55,995 nt of DNA from Patescibacteria group bacterium (GCA_018818885.1 JAHIRB010000035.1:1-55995), one strand, 5' to 3'. Positions 1-10,825 are shown, numbered from the stretch's first letter. The notes: generated by a model not told the origin, from the sequence alone. Translations and numbers: made by a program.

Positions 1-228
1 ATTGAAAAATACAACAGAACAATCCAAGAAGAATTCATTGACCAAAATGAAGTATTGTTAGATGATGTAGATATATTCAATCAAAAAATGACTGAGTGGC
101 TAGTTTGGTATAATACAAAACGATTCCACTGGGGCCTTAATTTAGAGACTCCTGTGGATTATTTATTAAAAAATAACTATGTGTCCAATATGTGCTGGAC
201 TAATACAAACACTGGCTTTTTTTATTAA
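1..228 (+). mobile_element. 3' end of an IS481/IS3-like DDE transposase (integrase core domain), with probable right end at ~207
   Basis: Frame 1 reads IEKYNRTIQEEF...WYNTKRFHWGLNLETP, matching the E..NRT..EEF / YN..R.H..L...TP pattern; ...GGACTAATACA ends in ACA as IS481 ends do; truncated by the window edge. Confidence 0.75.
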
Positions 229-270
229 TTTTGGGTATAATTTATTAAAGAATGCTAATAGTTTATTTAC

Positions 271-651
271 ATGACTACTAGAAGTTTTTCATTATTGATT
301 TTTATAGCAACCGTACTTTCTTGGATAAATTTTATAGGAGTACTGTTTTATGTTGACCCATACAAATCGGGTGTGGTGGGAGTGGCGTTTTTTTACGTCA
401 CACTTGTCATGACTTTGATAGGAAGTTTGTATTTGATATTGAATGTGATGCGTAAGCGCTTAGTAAAATATCAACAGTCTTTACCTCGGTTGCGTGTAGC
501 TTGGCGCCAAGCTGTATGGATAACAATATTGATGGTTGGTACATTGTATCTTTTTCATAATGATCTACTAAATTTTTTAAATGTAATTTTGTTGATAGTG
601 ATTTTAGTAGTTCTAGAATTTTTCTTTATTTCGTATAAAAAGGAAATTTAA
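271..651 (+). CDS. 4-TM membrane protein, hypothetical
   Basis: 126-aa ORF with four hydrophobic segments. Confidence 0.75.
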   Translation: MTTRSFSLLIFIATVLSWINFIGVLFYVDPYKSGVVGVAFFYVTLVMTLIGSLYLILNVMRKRLVKYQQSLPRLRVAWRQAVWITILMVGTLYLFHNDLLNFLNVILLIVILVVLEFFFISYKKEI

Positions 652-667
652 TTAATAAAAATAAATT

Positions 668-973
668 ATGGATAGAGCGGAACTTGCCTTTTGGATTTCA
701 ATCGCTGTGGCAGGAATGTCATTGTTAATAAATATCTTTCAAGCTTTTGGCCGTAGGCGTATTAAGCATAAAATCGCTATCTGGGCAACAGATGCAAAAA
801 GCACTGTTACCTCAATTGTTGGGATGCTTAATAACATCAAAAAGAAAAAAATTAATCAAGTTGAAGATGCTGCCACCAATCTAGAAACCTTAAAAAATTT
901 TGCCAATGGTATGTTTGTTAGTATGGAAGAAGAACTGGGACGTAATAAGCGTGAAATCAAGGAAAAGAAGTAA
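668..973 (+). CDS. hypothetical protein with N-terminal TM helix
   Basis: 101-aa ORF in operon orientation. Confidence 0.7.
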   Translation: MDRAELAFWISIAVAGMSLLINIFQAFGRRRIKHKIAIWATDAKSTVTSIVGMLNNIKKKKINQVEDAATNLETLKNFANGMFVSMEEELGRNKREIKEKK

Positions 974-979
974 TATTAA

Positions 980-1060
980 TACAAATTACAAATTTATACA
1001 AATATACGAATAAACAATAAACCTTACATTTGTAGATTTGTATAAATTTGTAATTTGTAA
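980..1060. repeat. 7-nt-periodic inverted repeat hairpin
   Basis: TACAAAT TACAAAT..TACAAAT followed by ATTTGTA x4. Confidence 0.8.
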
Positions 1061-1070
1061 CCCCATTATT

Positions 1071-2081
1071 ATGGATCTGACCAAGGAGATAAACAAAATT
1101 AAAGAGGATTTTTTAGCAGAGGTAAATATTGTAAAAACTTCCAAAGCTCTTGCTGATTTGGAAGTTAAGTATTTGGGTCGAAAAGGAGAAATGACAAGAA
1201 TCCTGCGTGATTTAAAAAATTTAGCAGCCAACGAAAAGCAAAAGATTGGTAGTTTAGCTAATCAGGTAAAAAACGAAATTTTGTCAGAAATTAAAAAAGT
1301 AACTGCAGTAGTCAAGGGAGAAACTATCGAAGAAGATGTTGATATATCCCGACCTGGTCATAAAATCGAAGTTGGCCACCTCCATCCTAGCACACAAGTT
1401 CAGTATGAGTTGGAAGAAATTTTTAAAAGCATGGGCTTTATGGTTTTGGAAGGTCCAGAAATAGAATCTGATTATTATAATTTTGAAAGTTTAAATATAC
1501 CAACTTATCATCCAGCGCGAGATGCACAGGATACGTTTTATTTAGAAGACGGAAATGTTTTGCGCACCCACACCTCAAACATGCAAGTTAGAACCATGCA
1601 AAAGTATGGTGCACCTGTGCGGGCAGTTTTCCCTGGCCGTGTTTTTCGTTATGAGGCAACTGATGCCAGCCACGAAACAACATTTTATCAACTAGAAGGC
1701 TTAATGGTAGGCGAAGATATTAATATTGGTAACTTAGTTGCTACCATGAAAGAAATATTTTCTGGAATATTTAATAAAGAAGTAAAGGTGAGATTACGCC
1801 CTGGTTATTTTCCGTTTGTTGAGCCAGGTTTTGAATTGGATGTTGAATGTTTAGTCTGCGGCGGCAAGGGTTGTCCGGTTTGCAAAAAGACTGGTTGGGT
1901 AGAAATGATTGGCTGTGGCATGGTCCACCCAGAAGTTTTGAAGTTTGGCAAAGTTGATCCGAAAAAATATACGGGCTTTGCTTTTGGTTTGGGTATGACA
2001 CGCTTAGTTATGCTAAAACACGAAATTGACGATATAAGATTACTACTTTCAGGTGATTTAAGGTTTTTAAAACAGTTTTAA
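1071..2081 (+). CDS. pheS: phenylalanine--tRNA ligase alpha subunit
   Basis: HPARDAQDTFY, LRTHTS, FPFVEP, GFAFGLG motifs; start moved to ATG 1071 because upstream in-frame codons lie in the heptamer hairpin. Confidence 0.97.
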   Translation: MDLTKEINKIKEDFLAEVNIVKTSKALADLEVKYLGRKGEMTRILRDLKNLAANEKQKIGSLANQVKNEILSEIKKVTAVVKGETIEEDVDISRPGHKIEVGHLHPSTQVQYELEEIFKSMGFMVLEGPEIESDYYNFESLNIPTYHPARDAQDTFYLEDGNVLRTHTSNMQVRTMQKYGAPVRAVFPGRVFRYEATDASHETTFYQLEGLMVGEDINIGNLVATMKEIFSGIFNKEVKVRLRPGYFPFVEPGFELDVECLVCGGKGCPVCKKTGWVEMIGCGMVHPEVLKFGKVDPKKYTGFAFGLGMTRLVMLKHEIDDIRLLLSGDLRFLKQF

Positions 2082-2087
2082 TACGAT

Positions 2088-2285
2088 AACACACTTCAGC
2101 CTGAGGCTGATTCGCCTCTGGCGAAAAAGTGTGTCAATCCATTGTCGTAGGCTGTCCGTGAGTAGCCGGTCGGCCTTCAGCCAGAGGCTGATCCGGCCTC
2201 CGGCGGAAAAGGCCGACCTACCCAAGCGGGGTAGGCAAGGCCCCTGCGCCTTGCCGTCGATCGGGCAGTTGCGCCCGATCTACCC
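2088..2285. repeat. cluster of GC-rich REP-like palindromes
   Basis: CAGCCTGAGGCTG / CGCCTCTGGCG hairpins; 2088-2125 recurs as a 38-nt inverted identical copy at 38285-38322. Confidence 0.85.
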
Positions 2286-2302
2286 ATCAAAATAAAACAA
2301 GT

Positions 2303-2512
2303 ATGAATGTAATTTGTTCTATTATTCCAATTTTAACTCTGATAGTATTGGCTGCATCTTTACTTTTTTCTATTAAAAGAATTGTTAAGATAAAGACAAA
2401 AGATTATATTAAGTTTTTATTGTGTATACTTGTCGTAATACTAATCGGAGTAGCCGGATCGTTTATCTTTTTATACTTGACTGTTCAGGTTTGCGGAGCA
2501 CCAATGCTATAA
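2303..2512 (+). CDS. small 2-TM membrane protein
   Basis: 69-aa hydrophobic ORF between pheS and pheT. Confidence 0.6.
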   Translation: MNVICSIIPILTLIVLAASLLFSIKRIVKIKTKDYIKFLLCILVVILIGVAGSFIFLYLTVQVCGAPML

Positions 2513-2521
2513 ATTTATTAT

Positions 2522-4891
2522 ATGAAAATATCATTTGATTGGTTAAAAAGATACGTAGATATTCCAAGTTCATTAACTGCAGATGAGCTGGGTTTTAAAT
2601 TGACCATGTCTACTGTAGAAGTAGAAGAAGTTTTTAATTTGTCAAAAGAATTAAAAGATATTGTAGTTGGTAAATTGTTAAATGTTGAAAAGCATCCAAA
2701 TGCTGATAAATTGCATGTTGCTCAAGTTAATATTGGTGACAAAATAATTCAGCTAATTTTTGGCCAAGTTGTTAAGCTAAAAAAAGGAGATAGATTGCCT
2801 GTTGCAGTCGCGCCAGTAACATTGCCAACAGGGCTAACAGTCAAAAAATCAAAAATTAGAGGTGTAGATTCTCACGGGATGTTTTGTCTAAATAGCGAGC
2901 TTGGTATTTCCGACGAAGATAAGTGTACTTTTTTTGGTGACGATGTAAAACCTGGCACACCGATAACCAAAGCTATGACATTGGCAGAAGGCGCAGTGCT
3001 AGATATAGAAAATAAATCTTTAACACATCGCCCAGATTTGTGGAGTCACGTTGGTATTGCACGCGAAGTTGGTGCAATATTAGGCAAGAAGTTGAAAGAG
3101 CCAACACTCAGTCAAATTGATGAGGGTGATGAAATTGATCTAAAAATTGAAATTGTAGATAAGGATGCTTGCCCAAGATATATCGGAGTAGCAGTTTCGG
3201 GAATTAAAGTGGCACCATCACCAGATTGGATGCAGAAATTACTTTTAGCAGCGGGAATGAGGCCAATCAATAATATTGTCGATATAACTAATTTTATAAT
3301 GTTAGAGATGGGCCAGCCATTGCATGCTTTTGATGTTGAACAAGTTATTGGTAAAAAGATAGTAGTCAAGAAAGCTACAGAAGGACAGATTTTCACAACA
3401 CTTGATGGTCAAAAACGTAAACTCACCAAAGACGATTTATTAATCGATGATTCACGTCGCGCAGTTGCTATTGCTGGAGTTATGGGTGGAGAAAATTCAG
3501 AAGTTAAGCGAGGAACTAAAACGATAATTTTGGAATCAGCAAATTTTGATGCAGTCAGTATTCGTCGTACTTCAACTCGTTTAGGTTTGCGTACAGAAGC
3601 TTCAACCCGTTTTGAAAAAGCTTTAGATCCAGAGCTGGCAGAAAAAGCAGCCAAACGCGCAGTCAATCTCATTCAAGAAATAATTCCAACTGCAAAAGTA
3701 AGTTCAAAATTCGTTGATGTTAATTATGCTAAGAAGAAAAAAATAATAATCAATCTTGACCTAGACAGATTAAATTTAGTCATAGGAGAAGAAATACCAA
3801 TTGCTAAAATCAAACAAATACTCACCAGCCTTGAATTTAAAGTAAGTGGCAGTGGCAAAACACTCAAAGTTGAGGTACCAAGCTTTAGAGCTCAACGTGA
3901 TGTAACAATTCAAGAAGATTTGATAGAAGAAGTTGCAAGAATTTATGGTTTCAATAATATCAAAGTTACATTACCAAAAATTCAAATTGAACGACCTAAA
4001 ATTGATTTAGAAAAAGAACTAGAAAAGAAAGTTAAAAACCAGCTAACTGGCATGGGTTTTGATGAAGTTAAAAATTATTCATTTATTGGACCAAGTCAGC
4101 AGAGCAAATTTGGCTATAAAGAAAACGAACTCATAAAACTAAAAAGTTATTTTTCGGAAGATCAAAGTTTAATGAGACCAAGCATGGTGCCAAACATGCT
4201 AATAAACGTGGAAAACAATTTAAGATTTTTTGATGATTTCAAGATTTTTGAACTAGGAACAGTATATAAAAAAAATAAACTAGGAGAGCAAGCTTCGCCA
4301 AAAACCAGTCATTATTTGCCTTTTCAACCAAAGCGCTTAACTGGAATGATTGTGCAAAAAAGACCGCAGGATTTATTTTTTGAAGTTAAGGGTGTGGTGG
4401 ATTCATTAATGCAAGCTTTGAACTTAGAAGTCAATTACATAGAAAACAAACATGATTGGGTAAAAACTGGCTTGGGTTTAAAAATTATGGTAAACAAAAA
4501 ATCTTTAGGCTATGTTTATATTTTTAACCAAGGCGTATATAGTCTAAAAGTTGAAGTAGGAATTTTTGATATTGATTTTGACCAAATCGCAAAGATTAAT
4601 CCAAAAACTAAAAAATATAAAGCAATGCCAGAATATCCAGCAATTACAAGAGATTTAGCATTAGTCATTAGTTCCAAGGTCAAATGGGAAGATATTAAGT
4701 CAGAAGTTACAAAAGTTGATAAGTTGATTCAAGACGTAGGTTTTTTAAGTTTTTATCCAGAAAAGAAGAGTTTGGCTTTTTCAATAACTTTCAGGTCAAA
4801 TAGCAGAACTTTGGAATCAAAAGAAGTGGATCAAATTATAGAAAAGATTATACAAAAATTACAAGAGAAGTTTAACGTGCAGTTGAGATGA
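2522..4891 (+). CDS. pheT: phenylalanine--tRNA ligase beta subunit
   Basis: HPNADKL, RPDLWSHVGIARE, NNIVDITN, QPLHAFD, EEVARIYG motifs. Confidence 0.97.
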   Translation: MKISFDWLKRYVDIPSSLTADELGFKLTMSTVEVEEVFNLSKELKDIVVGKLLNVEKHPNADKLHVAQVNIGDKIIQLIFGQVVKLKKGDRLPVAVAPVTLPTGLTVKKSKIRGVDSHGMFCLNSELGISDEDKCTFFGDDVKPGTPITKAMTLAEGAVLDIENKSLTHRPDLWSHVGIAREVGAILGKKLKEPTLSQIDEGDEIDLKIEIVDKDACPRYIGVAVSGIKVAPSPDWMQKLLLAAGMRPINNIVDITNFIMLEMGQPLHAFDVEQVIGKKIVVKKATEGQIFTTLDGQKRKLTKDDLLIDDSRRAVAIAGVMGGENSEVKRGTKTIILESANFDAVSIRRTSTRLGLRTEASTRFEKALDPELAEKAAKRAVNLIQEIIPTAKVSSKFVDVNYAKKKKIIINLDLDRLNLVIGEEIPIAKIKQILTSLEFKVSGSGKTLKVEVPSFRAQRDVTIQEDLIEEVARIYGFNNIKVTLPKIQIERPKIDLEKELEKKVKNQLTGMGFDEVKNYSFIGPSQQSKFGYKENELIKLKSYFSEDQSLMRPSMVPNMLINVENNLRFFDDFKIFELGTVYKKNKLGEQASPKTSHYLPFQPKRLTGMIVQKRPQDLFFEVKGVVDSLMQALNLEVNYIENKHDWVKTGLGLKIMVNKKSLGYVYIFNQGVYSLKVEVGIFDIDFDQIAKINPKTKKYKAMPEYPAITRDLALVISSKVKWEDIKSEVTKVDKLIQDVGFLSFYPEKKSLAFSITFRSNSRTLESKEVDQIIEKIIQKLQEKFNVQLR

Positions 4892-4897
4892 CGCCTC

Positions 4898-5021
4898 TTT
4901 GTCATTTCGACCGGAGCGGAGAAATTCCACAATTTAAAATTTCATGGAGTTAGATCTCCGCCAGAGGCGCGGACCAGCCTCTGGCTGGCCTCGGTCTAAA
5001 TTGTTCGCTCGGGATGACAAA
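4898..5021. repeat. TGTCAT...ATGACA palindromic element, copy 1
   Basis: TTTGTCATTTCGACC...GCTCGGGATGACAAA; 3' half nearly identical to the copy at 41318. Confidence 0.9.
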
Positions 5022-5050
5022 TAGAGTATTAAATAATTAAAATAAAAAAT

Positions 5051-5362
5051 ATGTTAGAATCTTCAAAAGATTTGTTGCTAATAGTCATTGCTTTTTGTGT
5101 TTTGTGGCTAACCTTATTTATGTCCTGGGGGATTTATTATGTTGTGATGATGTTAAGAAACACAAACAAAGTGATGACAAGTATACGAGAAAAGATGGTT
5201 TTAGTTGATTCGATATTAAAGTTAGTAAAAGAAAAGTTAGAAAAAACATCCAGCCACATGGGAATGATGGCAGACAGCGCCATAAAATTAGCTGGGTATT
5301 TTGTAGAGCAGAAAAAGAAAAGCAGTAGTTCAACATCACGAAGCAAAAAGAAGAAAAGTTAA
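5051..5362 (+). CDS. single-TM hypothetical protein
   Basis: 103-aa ORF: TM helix plus basic tail. Confidence 0.75.
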   Translation: MLESSKDLLLIVIAFCVLWLTLFMSWGIYYVVMMLRNTNKVMTSIREKMVLVDSILKLVKEKLEKTSSHMGMMADSAIKLAGYFVEQKKKSSSSTSRSKKKKS

Positions 5363-5367
5363 CCTAT

Positions 5368-5471
5368 TTGTCATTTCGACCGTAGGCCAGAGGCCGAAGC
5401 GGAGAAATCTCACAACTAACAATTTCATGAGGTGAGATCCCTCGGCTCCTTGCAGTCGCTCGGGATGACAA
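5368..5471. repeat. TGTCAT...ATGACA palindromic element, copy 2
   Basis: TTGTCATTTCGACCG...GAGATCCCTCGG...CTCGGGATGACAA. Confidence 0.9.
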
Positions 5472-5545
5472 TAAAAGATTAGGGAAGCTTGCTTTCCTTG
5501 GGAGTCATTTAATAATTTAAGACTTCCTAAAGAAATATAAAATTT

Positions 5546-8500
5546 ATGTCTTTTGTTCATCTTCATACCCATTCACATTATTCTCTTTTGGATGGGTTAG
5601 CAAAAATTGATCAATTAGTTAAAAAAGCTAAGGATTGCAATATGCCTGCTTTAGCTTTAACAGATCATGGTGTTATGTATGGCGCCATTGAATTTTATCA
5701 AAAAGCTACAAAAGCAGGTATAAAACCAATCATCGGGGTAGAAGCCTATGTCGCCAGAAACGGACACAAAAACAAAAGACCAAAAGTTGACGATTCTCCT
5801 TATCACATAGTTTTGCTTGCAAAGAATAATGTAGGGTATCAAAATTTATTAAAACTAGTAACCATCTCTTTTTTGGATGGTTTTTATTATAAACCAAGAA
5901 TAGATTATGAGTTGTTAGAAAAATATCATGAAGGCTTAATAGGATTAACTTCGTGCCTTCAAGGTGAACTGCCTAAACATATTTTTAATGACGATTTAGA
6001 AGCAGCGTCAAAAGCAGCACAACGTTATCTTGATATTTTTGGCAAAGATAATTTTTATTTGGAAGTACAGCACCATTCAGGTATCCCAAAACAAGATATC
6101 GTCAACAAGGGCATATTTAAAATTGGTAAAGAATTGTGCATTCCTATTGTGGCAACCAATGATATTCATTATTTAAATTCAGATGATGATTTTGCCCAAG
6201 ACGTATTATTATGCGTTCAAACTAAGCGAGTAATTACTGACGAAGATAGGATGTCCATGATGGGTGAAGATTTTTCTTTTAGATCACCTCAACGCATGAA
6301 GGATGAATGGAAAGACCATCCAGAGGTAATTGCCAATACTCTTAAAGTGGCAGAAATGTGCAATCTAAAATTGGAGTTTGGTAAAATTTTGTTACCAACA
6401 TTTGAAGTTCCTAGTGGCAAAACAACAGATGAATATTTAAAAGAAGCTTGTCTTCAAGGTTTGGAAAAACGAATGCAGATCAGTGCTTTAGATAAAGCGC
6501 CTAAAGAAGTACACGATCGGCTTAATTATGAATTAGATGTTATTAAGAAGATGGGTTATGCTTCTTATTTTTTAATTACTGCGGATTTTATCAATTGGGC
6601 AAAAATGCAAAAAATAGTTGTTGGTCCTGGCCGTGGTTCTGCTGCTGGAAGCTTAGTTGCTTATCTTACAAATATTACTGATATTAACCCAATTGAGTAT
6701 GAATTAATTTTTGAAAGATTTTTAAATCCAGACAGAATATCTATGCCTGATATAGATACTGATTTTGCAGACTCTCGTCGTGATGAAGTGTTGCGTTATG
6801 TTGAAGATAAATACGGTAAGGATCACGTAGCACAGATTATTACTTTTGGAACTATGGCTGCTCGTGCAGCGATTCGAGACGTAGGACGCGCTTTAAACAT
6901 TCCTTATAGTTATTGTGATCGTGTTGCTAAAATGATACCAATGTTTATGACTTTAAATGAAGCAACAGATTCAGTGCCAGAGCTTAAAGAAATTATGGTA
7001 GAGCCAGATGGTAAAAGATTAATTGAAATCGCCAAGAAGCTCGAAGGCTGTGCGCGTCATGCCTCAACCCACGCCTGTGGTGTTGTGATAACGCCTGAAC
7101 CAATTGATAATTATTGTCCTAGGCAGCGTGGTTCTCAAAATGAAAATGAAATTGTCACACAATACGAAATGCATGCAATTGAAGATCTAGGGCTACTAAA
7201 AATGGATTTTTTAGGTTTAAAAAATTTAACCATTATTGAAAATACCTTAGATATATTAAGGAAAGCTCAAAGTCTAGAAATTGATATTGAAAAAATTCCT
7301 CTAGACGATCAAAAAGCTTACAAATTATTACAAAAGGGCGAAACAACTGGCGTATTTCAACTTGAATCATCTGGCATGAAGAGATTTCTTAAAAAACTTA
7401 AACCTAACGAGTTTGAAGATATAATCGCCATGGTTGCACTTTATCGTCCAGGACCAATGGAATTCATTGATGATTATATTAAGGGCAAACATGGTCAGAT
7501 CATTCCATATTATTTAGATGAACGCTTAGAGCCAATTTTGGAAAAAACTTATGGTATTGCAGTGTATCAAGAGCAGGTTTTTGAAATTGCGCGAGAGTTG
7601 GCTGGTTTTTCGTATTCAGAAGCAGATGTTTTGCGTAAAGCAGTTGGAAAAAAAATTAAAAAGTTACTAGATGAACAAGCAGAAAAAATGATTGATGGTA
7701 TGGTCAAGAACGGTATGAAGTCAACAGTAGCAAAACAAATCTGGGATTTTATTTTACCATTTGCCAGATATGGTTTTAACAGGTCCCACGCAGCATGCTA
7801 CGCCATGATTGCATATCGTACTGCTTATTTAAAAGCACATTATGCAACACAGTTTATGGCATCTTTAATGACAGCAGATCAGGGAAATACAGATCGCATT
7901 GCTGTAGAAGTAGAAGAATGTCGACAAATGAAATTAGAAGTGATGCCACCAGATATTAATGAAAGTTTTTCAACATTTACAGCTGTCTATGAGGGAGATA
8001 AAGTAACTAATAGGATTAGGTTTGGTCTAAATGCAGTCAAGAACCTAGGCCAAAATATCGTAGCAGAAATTATCAAAGAAAGAAAAGAAAACGGTAAATT
8101 CAAAGATCTAAAAGATTTACTTAGTCGTGTCAAAACAAAAGATTTAAACAAAAAATCCCTTGAAGCGTTAATCAAATCAGGTAGTTTAGATACAATGGGT
8201 GAGCGCAATCAAATGATTTACAATGTCGATAAGCTACTGCTTTTTATCAAAAGTATTAACGCAGAGGCAGATAGCCAGCAAGCAAATTTATTTGGTTTGA
8301 TGTCTGTTGAGCAAGGTTTGCCAAAGCTAGTACTTGAACCAATTGAAAGTGTAACAGACAAGCAAAAATTATCATGGGAAAAAGAATTTTTAGGTCTGTA
8401 CGTCACCGCCCATCCAATGCACGAATACACAGACCAACTTCAAGACAAAGTAGTTTCATTAACAGAAATTTATAATAATAAAAATTTATTTCGAAATGGT

Positions 8501-9097
8501 GTATCAGTTGCAGGTGTAATTACAACTATCAAAAAAATCATTACCAAAAACGGCGAGCCAATGATTTTTGCCAAGATTGAGGATGCAACATCAGGTATGG
8601 AAGTATTGGTATTTCCATCAATACTAAAAAATAATCAAGAAATTTGGGCTGAAGATAAAGTTTTAATGATATCATGCAAAATGTCAGATAAAGACGGCGA
8701 ACCAAAACTAATCTGTAATCACGCGCGTGAAATTAACGCACAAAACGTTTCCGAAGTTGCTCAAGAAATCGAACAACTTTCCAACAATAGAGAAGGATAT
8801 GTAAAAAAATCATTTAATAATAGTCCAACTTATACCAAAACTCAAGAATTAGTGATATCTGGAACAGCGTACATTGTCTTACCAAAGATAATTGATCCAA
8901 TACTTTCTGGCCAGCTAAAAAACGTTTTAAATAAGAATAAAGGTAGCTATAAGGTCACCATGCTCATTAAAGACAACGAGACAATAAAAAAAGTTTCCAC
9001 TAATTTTATGATAAATAATAAAAATGAAGTTCAAACCGAAATTGAAAGTATCTTAGGTAAAAATTCAATTATGTTTGAAAATTTAGACAATAGTTAG
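5546..9097 (+). CDS. dnaE: DNA polymerase III alpha subunit
   Basis: FVHLHTHSHYSLLDG PHP domain, GRGSAAGS, PDIDTDF, KMDFLGL. Confidence 0.98.
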   Translation: MSFVHLHTHSHYSLLDGLAKIDQLVKKAKDCNMPALALTDHGVMYGAIEFYQKATKAGIKPIIGVEAYVARNGHKNKRPKVDDSPYHIVLLAKNNVGYQNLLKLVTISFLDGFYYKPRIDYELLEKYHEGLIGLTSCLQGELPKHIFNDDLEAASKAAQRYLDIFGKDNFYLEVQHHSGIPKQDIVNKGIFKIGKELCIPIVATNDIHYLNSDDDFAQDVLLCVQTKRVITDEDRMSMMGEDFSFRSPQRMKDEWKDHPEVIANTLKVAEMCNLKLEFGKILLPTFEVPSGKTTDEYLKEACLQGLEKRMQISALDKAPKEVHDRLNYELDVIKKMGYASYFLITADFINWAKMQKIVVGPGRGSAAGSLVAYLTNITDINPIEYELIFERFLNPDRISMPDIDTDFADSRRDEVLRYVEDKYGKDHVAQIITFGTMAARAAIRDVGRALNIPYSYCDRVAKMIPMFMTLNEATDSVPELKEIMVEPDGKRLIEIAKKLEGCARHASTHACGVVITPEPIDNYCPRQRGSQNENEIVTQYEMHAIEDLGLLKMDFLGLKNLTIIENTLDILRKAQSLEIDIEKIPLDDQKAYKLLQKGETTGVFQLESSGMKRFLKKLKPNEFEDIIAMVALYRPGPMEFIDDYIKGKHGQIIPYYLDERLEPILEKTYGIAVYQEQVFEIARELAGFSYSEADVLRKAVGKKIKKLLDEQAEKMIDGMVKNGMKSTVAKQIWDFILPFARYGFNRSHAACYAMIAYRTAYLKAHYATQFMASLMTADQGNTDRIAVEVEECRQMKLEVMPPDINESFSTFTAVYEGDKVTNRIRFGLNAVKNLGQNIVAEIIKERKENGKFKDLKDLLSRVKTKDLNKKSLEALIKSGSLDTMGERNQMIYNVDKLLLFIKSINAEADSQQANLFGLMSVEQGLPKLVLEPIESVTDKQKLSWEKEFLGLYVTAHPMHEYTDQLQDKVVSLTEIYNNKNLFRNGVSVAGVITTIKKIITKNGEPMIFAKIEDATSGMEVLVFPSILKNNQEIWAEDKVLMISCKMSDKDGEPKLICNHAREINAQNVSEVAQEIEQLSNNREGYVKKSFNNSPTYTKTQELVISGTAYIVLPKIIDPILSGQLKNVLNKNKGSYKVTMLIKDNETIKKVSTNFMINNKNEVQTEIESILGKNSIMFENLDNS

Positions 9098-9104
9098 TAT
9101 AATT

Positions 9105-9170
9105 CAAGTATCAAGGTACAATGTACAGGGTACAAATTTAATTGTTACTTGTACCTTGTAACTTGTAACT
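9105..9170. repeat. 7-nt-periodic inverted repeat hairpin (CAAGGTA type)
   Basis: CAAGTAT CAAGGTA CAATGTA CAGGGTA ... TTACTTG TACCTTG TAACTTG. Confidence 0.8.
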
Positions 9171-10304
9171 ATGTCTCAAGAGATTACAAAATTTTATAAA
9201 ACTGTAGGAATCTTGTTTGTACTCGTTGCGATCGTACTTTCTGGGGGTATTTTTTATTTTAATTTAGCTAAAGCAACAATAATTATTACACCGTCTGCGG
9301 AAACATCAAAAGCCGAGTTTATAATTGATATACGGGAATTCCCATTTGAACCACAAGAATTAGGAGAAAACGAGGTAGACGGAAAAATTTTTGAAATAGT
9401 AAAAGAAGGAGAAAAATCTTTTCCAGCAACAGAAAATAAAGACGTCATAACAGATTCAGTTGGTCAAGTAACAATAATTAATAATTACTCCAAAGATCAG
9501 CAATTAGTAGCAACCACGCGATTACTTTCATCTGATGGTGTGCTACTTAGGCTAAAAGATGAAGTCAAAGTGGCAAAAGGCCAGCAAGCAATAGTTGAGG
9601 TGTATCCAGACAAACCAGAAGAATTTACATCACTTGACCCAACAAAATTTACCATACCAGGATTATGGTCTGGAATTCAAGAACATATCTATGCAGAAAG
9701 TACACAAAAGCTTGCCAAAGGTGGATATAAGGTTAAAATAGTCGGACAAGGTGATATTGATACTGCAGCAAAAAATTACGAGGATGAATTGTATAATCAA
9801 GCGTTAGAAGAAGTCAACAGCCAGCTAAGCGTAACAGAAAAATTATTCACCAAAGTTTTCCAGCGTGAGGTAGTGTTAGGTTCAGCAGATAGTCAAGTAG
9901 GCGAAGAAAAAGCACAGTTCAATTACAACATGAAGTTAAAAGTAATTTTTGTAGTTTTTGATGAAAAGAAATTAATCAATGCAGTAGAGAAAAGATTAGA
10001 AGAAGAACTACCGCCAAATAAACAATTAATCGGACTTGATACATCGAGCCTTATTTATAATTTAGAAAAAGTTGATGTAATAGAAAAAATTGCTAATTTA
10101 AAAGTACAAGCAGCAGGATTAGCTGCCATTGCAGAAAAATCAGAAATATTTGATAAGTTTGATTTGTTGGGCTTGACAGAAAACGAAGTGAAAGAATATT
10201 TTGAAAAATATAATGAAATTGAAACAGTGCAGGTCAAATATACTCCAAGCTGGCTTCGCAAGATGCCAAATTCAGCTAATAGAATTGAAGTCATGGTCAA
10301 GTAA
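9171..10304 (+). CDS. membrane-anchored protein, possibly baseplate-J-like domain
   Basis: N-terminal TM helix; G.VTIIN..S..Q.LVATTR and F.IPGL motifs recalled from CPR proteins of this type. Confidence 0.55.
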   Translation: MSQEITKFYKTVGILFVLVAIVLSGGIFYFNLAKATIIITPSAETSKAEFIIDIREFPFEPQELGENEVDGKIFEIVKEGEKSFPATENKDVITDSVGQVTIINNYSKDQQLVATTRLLSSDGVLLRLKDEVKVAKGQQAIVEVYPDKPEEFTSLDPTKFTIPGLWSGIQEHIYAESTQKLAKGGYKVKIVGQGDIDTAAKNYEDELYNQALEEVNSQLSVTEKLFTKVFQREVVLGSADSQVGEEKAQFNYNMKLKVIFVVFDEKKLINAVEKRLEEELPPNKQLIGLDTSSLIYNLEKVDVIEKIANLKVQAAGLAAIAEKSEIFDKFDLLGLTENEVKEYFEKYNEIETVQVKYTPSWLRKMPNSANRIEVMVK

Positions 10305-10330
10305 CATGGCACAAGGTACAATTAACAATT

Positions 10331-10819
10331 ATCAAAAAAATTATTTGCGTTATGGGTCCGGGAGGTGGAGCAACGCCAGATGATTTAAAAAATGCTCGTC
10401 AGCTAGGAAATTTGATTGCTGCCAATGGCTGGATTTTGCTTTCCGGTGGTAGAAACGAAGGCGTTATGGATGAAGTGAATAAAGGCGCGAAAGAAAACGA
10501 TGGACTGACCATTGGTATTATGCCTACTTCTGAACTGGATTCAATTTCTGACGCAGTTGATATTCCGATCATAACTGATATGAAAAGTGCGCGTAATACC
10601 ATTAATGTCCTTTCCAGCGATGTGATAGTTGCCTGTGGCATTGGCGCTGGTACTGCCTCTGAAATTGCTCTGGCGCTTAAAGCTAACAAAGATGTAATTT
10701 TATTAAATAATGACGATGAAAGCAAAGCCTTTTTTCAGAAACTGGGAAAAGATAAGATTTATATTGCCGAAAGTCCTGATAGTGTCATAAAAAAGATAAA
10801 GAAATTGATAGGGGAATAG
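10331..10819 (+). CDS. LOG/TIGR00725-like nucleotide-binding protein; start uncertain (ATC 10331 or ATG 10352)
   Basis: GG..GVM...KGA, GLTIGI.P, ARN.INVLSSD, GAGT.SE motifs; upstream in-frame KKIICV completes the first beta-strand. Confidence 0.85.
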   Translation: MKKIICVMGPGGGATPDDLKNARQLGNLIAANGWILLSGGRNEGVMDEVNKGAKENDGLTIGIMPTSELDSISDAVDIPIITDMKSARNTINVLSSDVIVACGIGAGTASEIALALKANKDVILLNNDDESKAFFQKLGKDKIYIAESPDSVIKKIKKLIGE

Positions 10820-10825
10820 ACTAGC

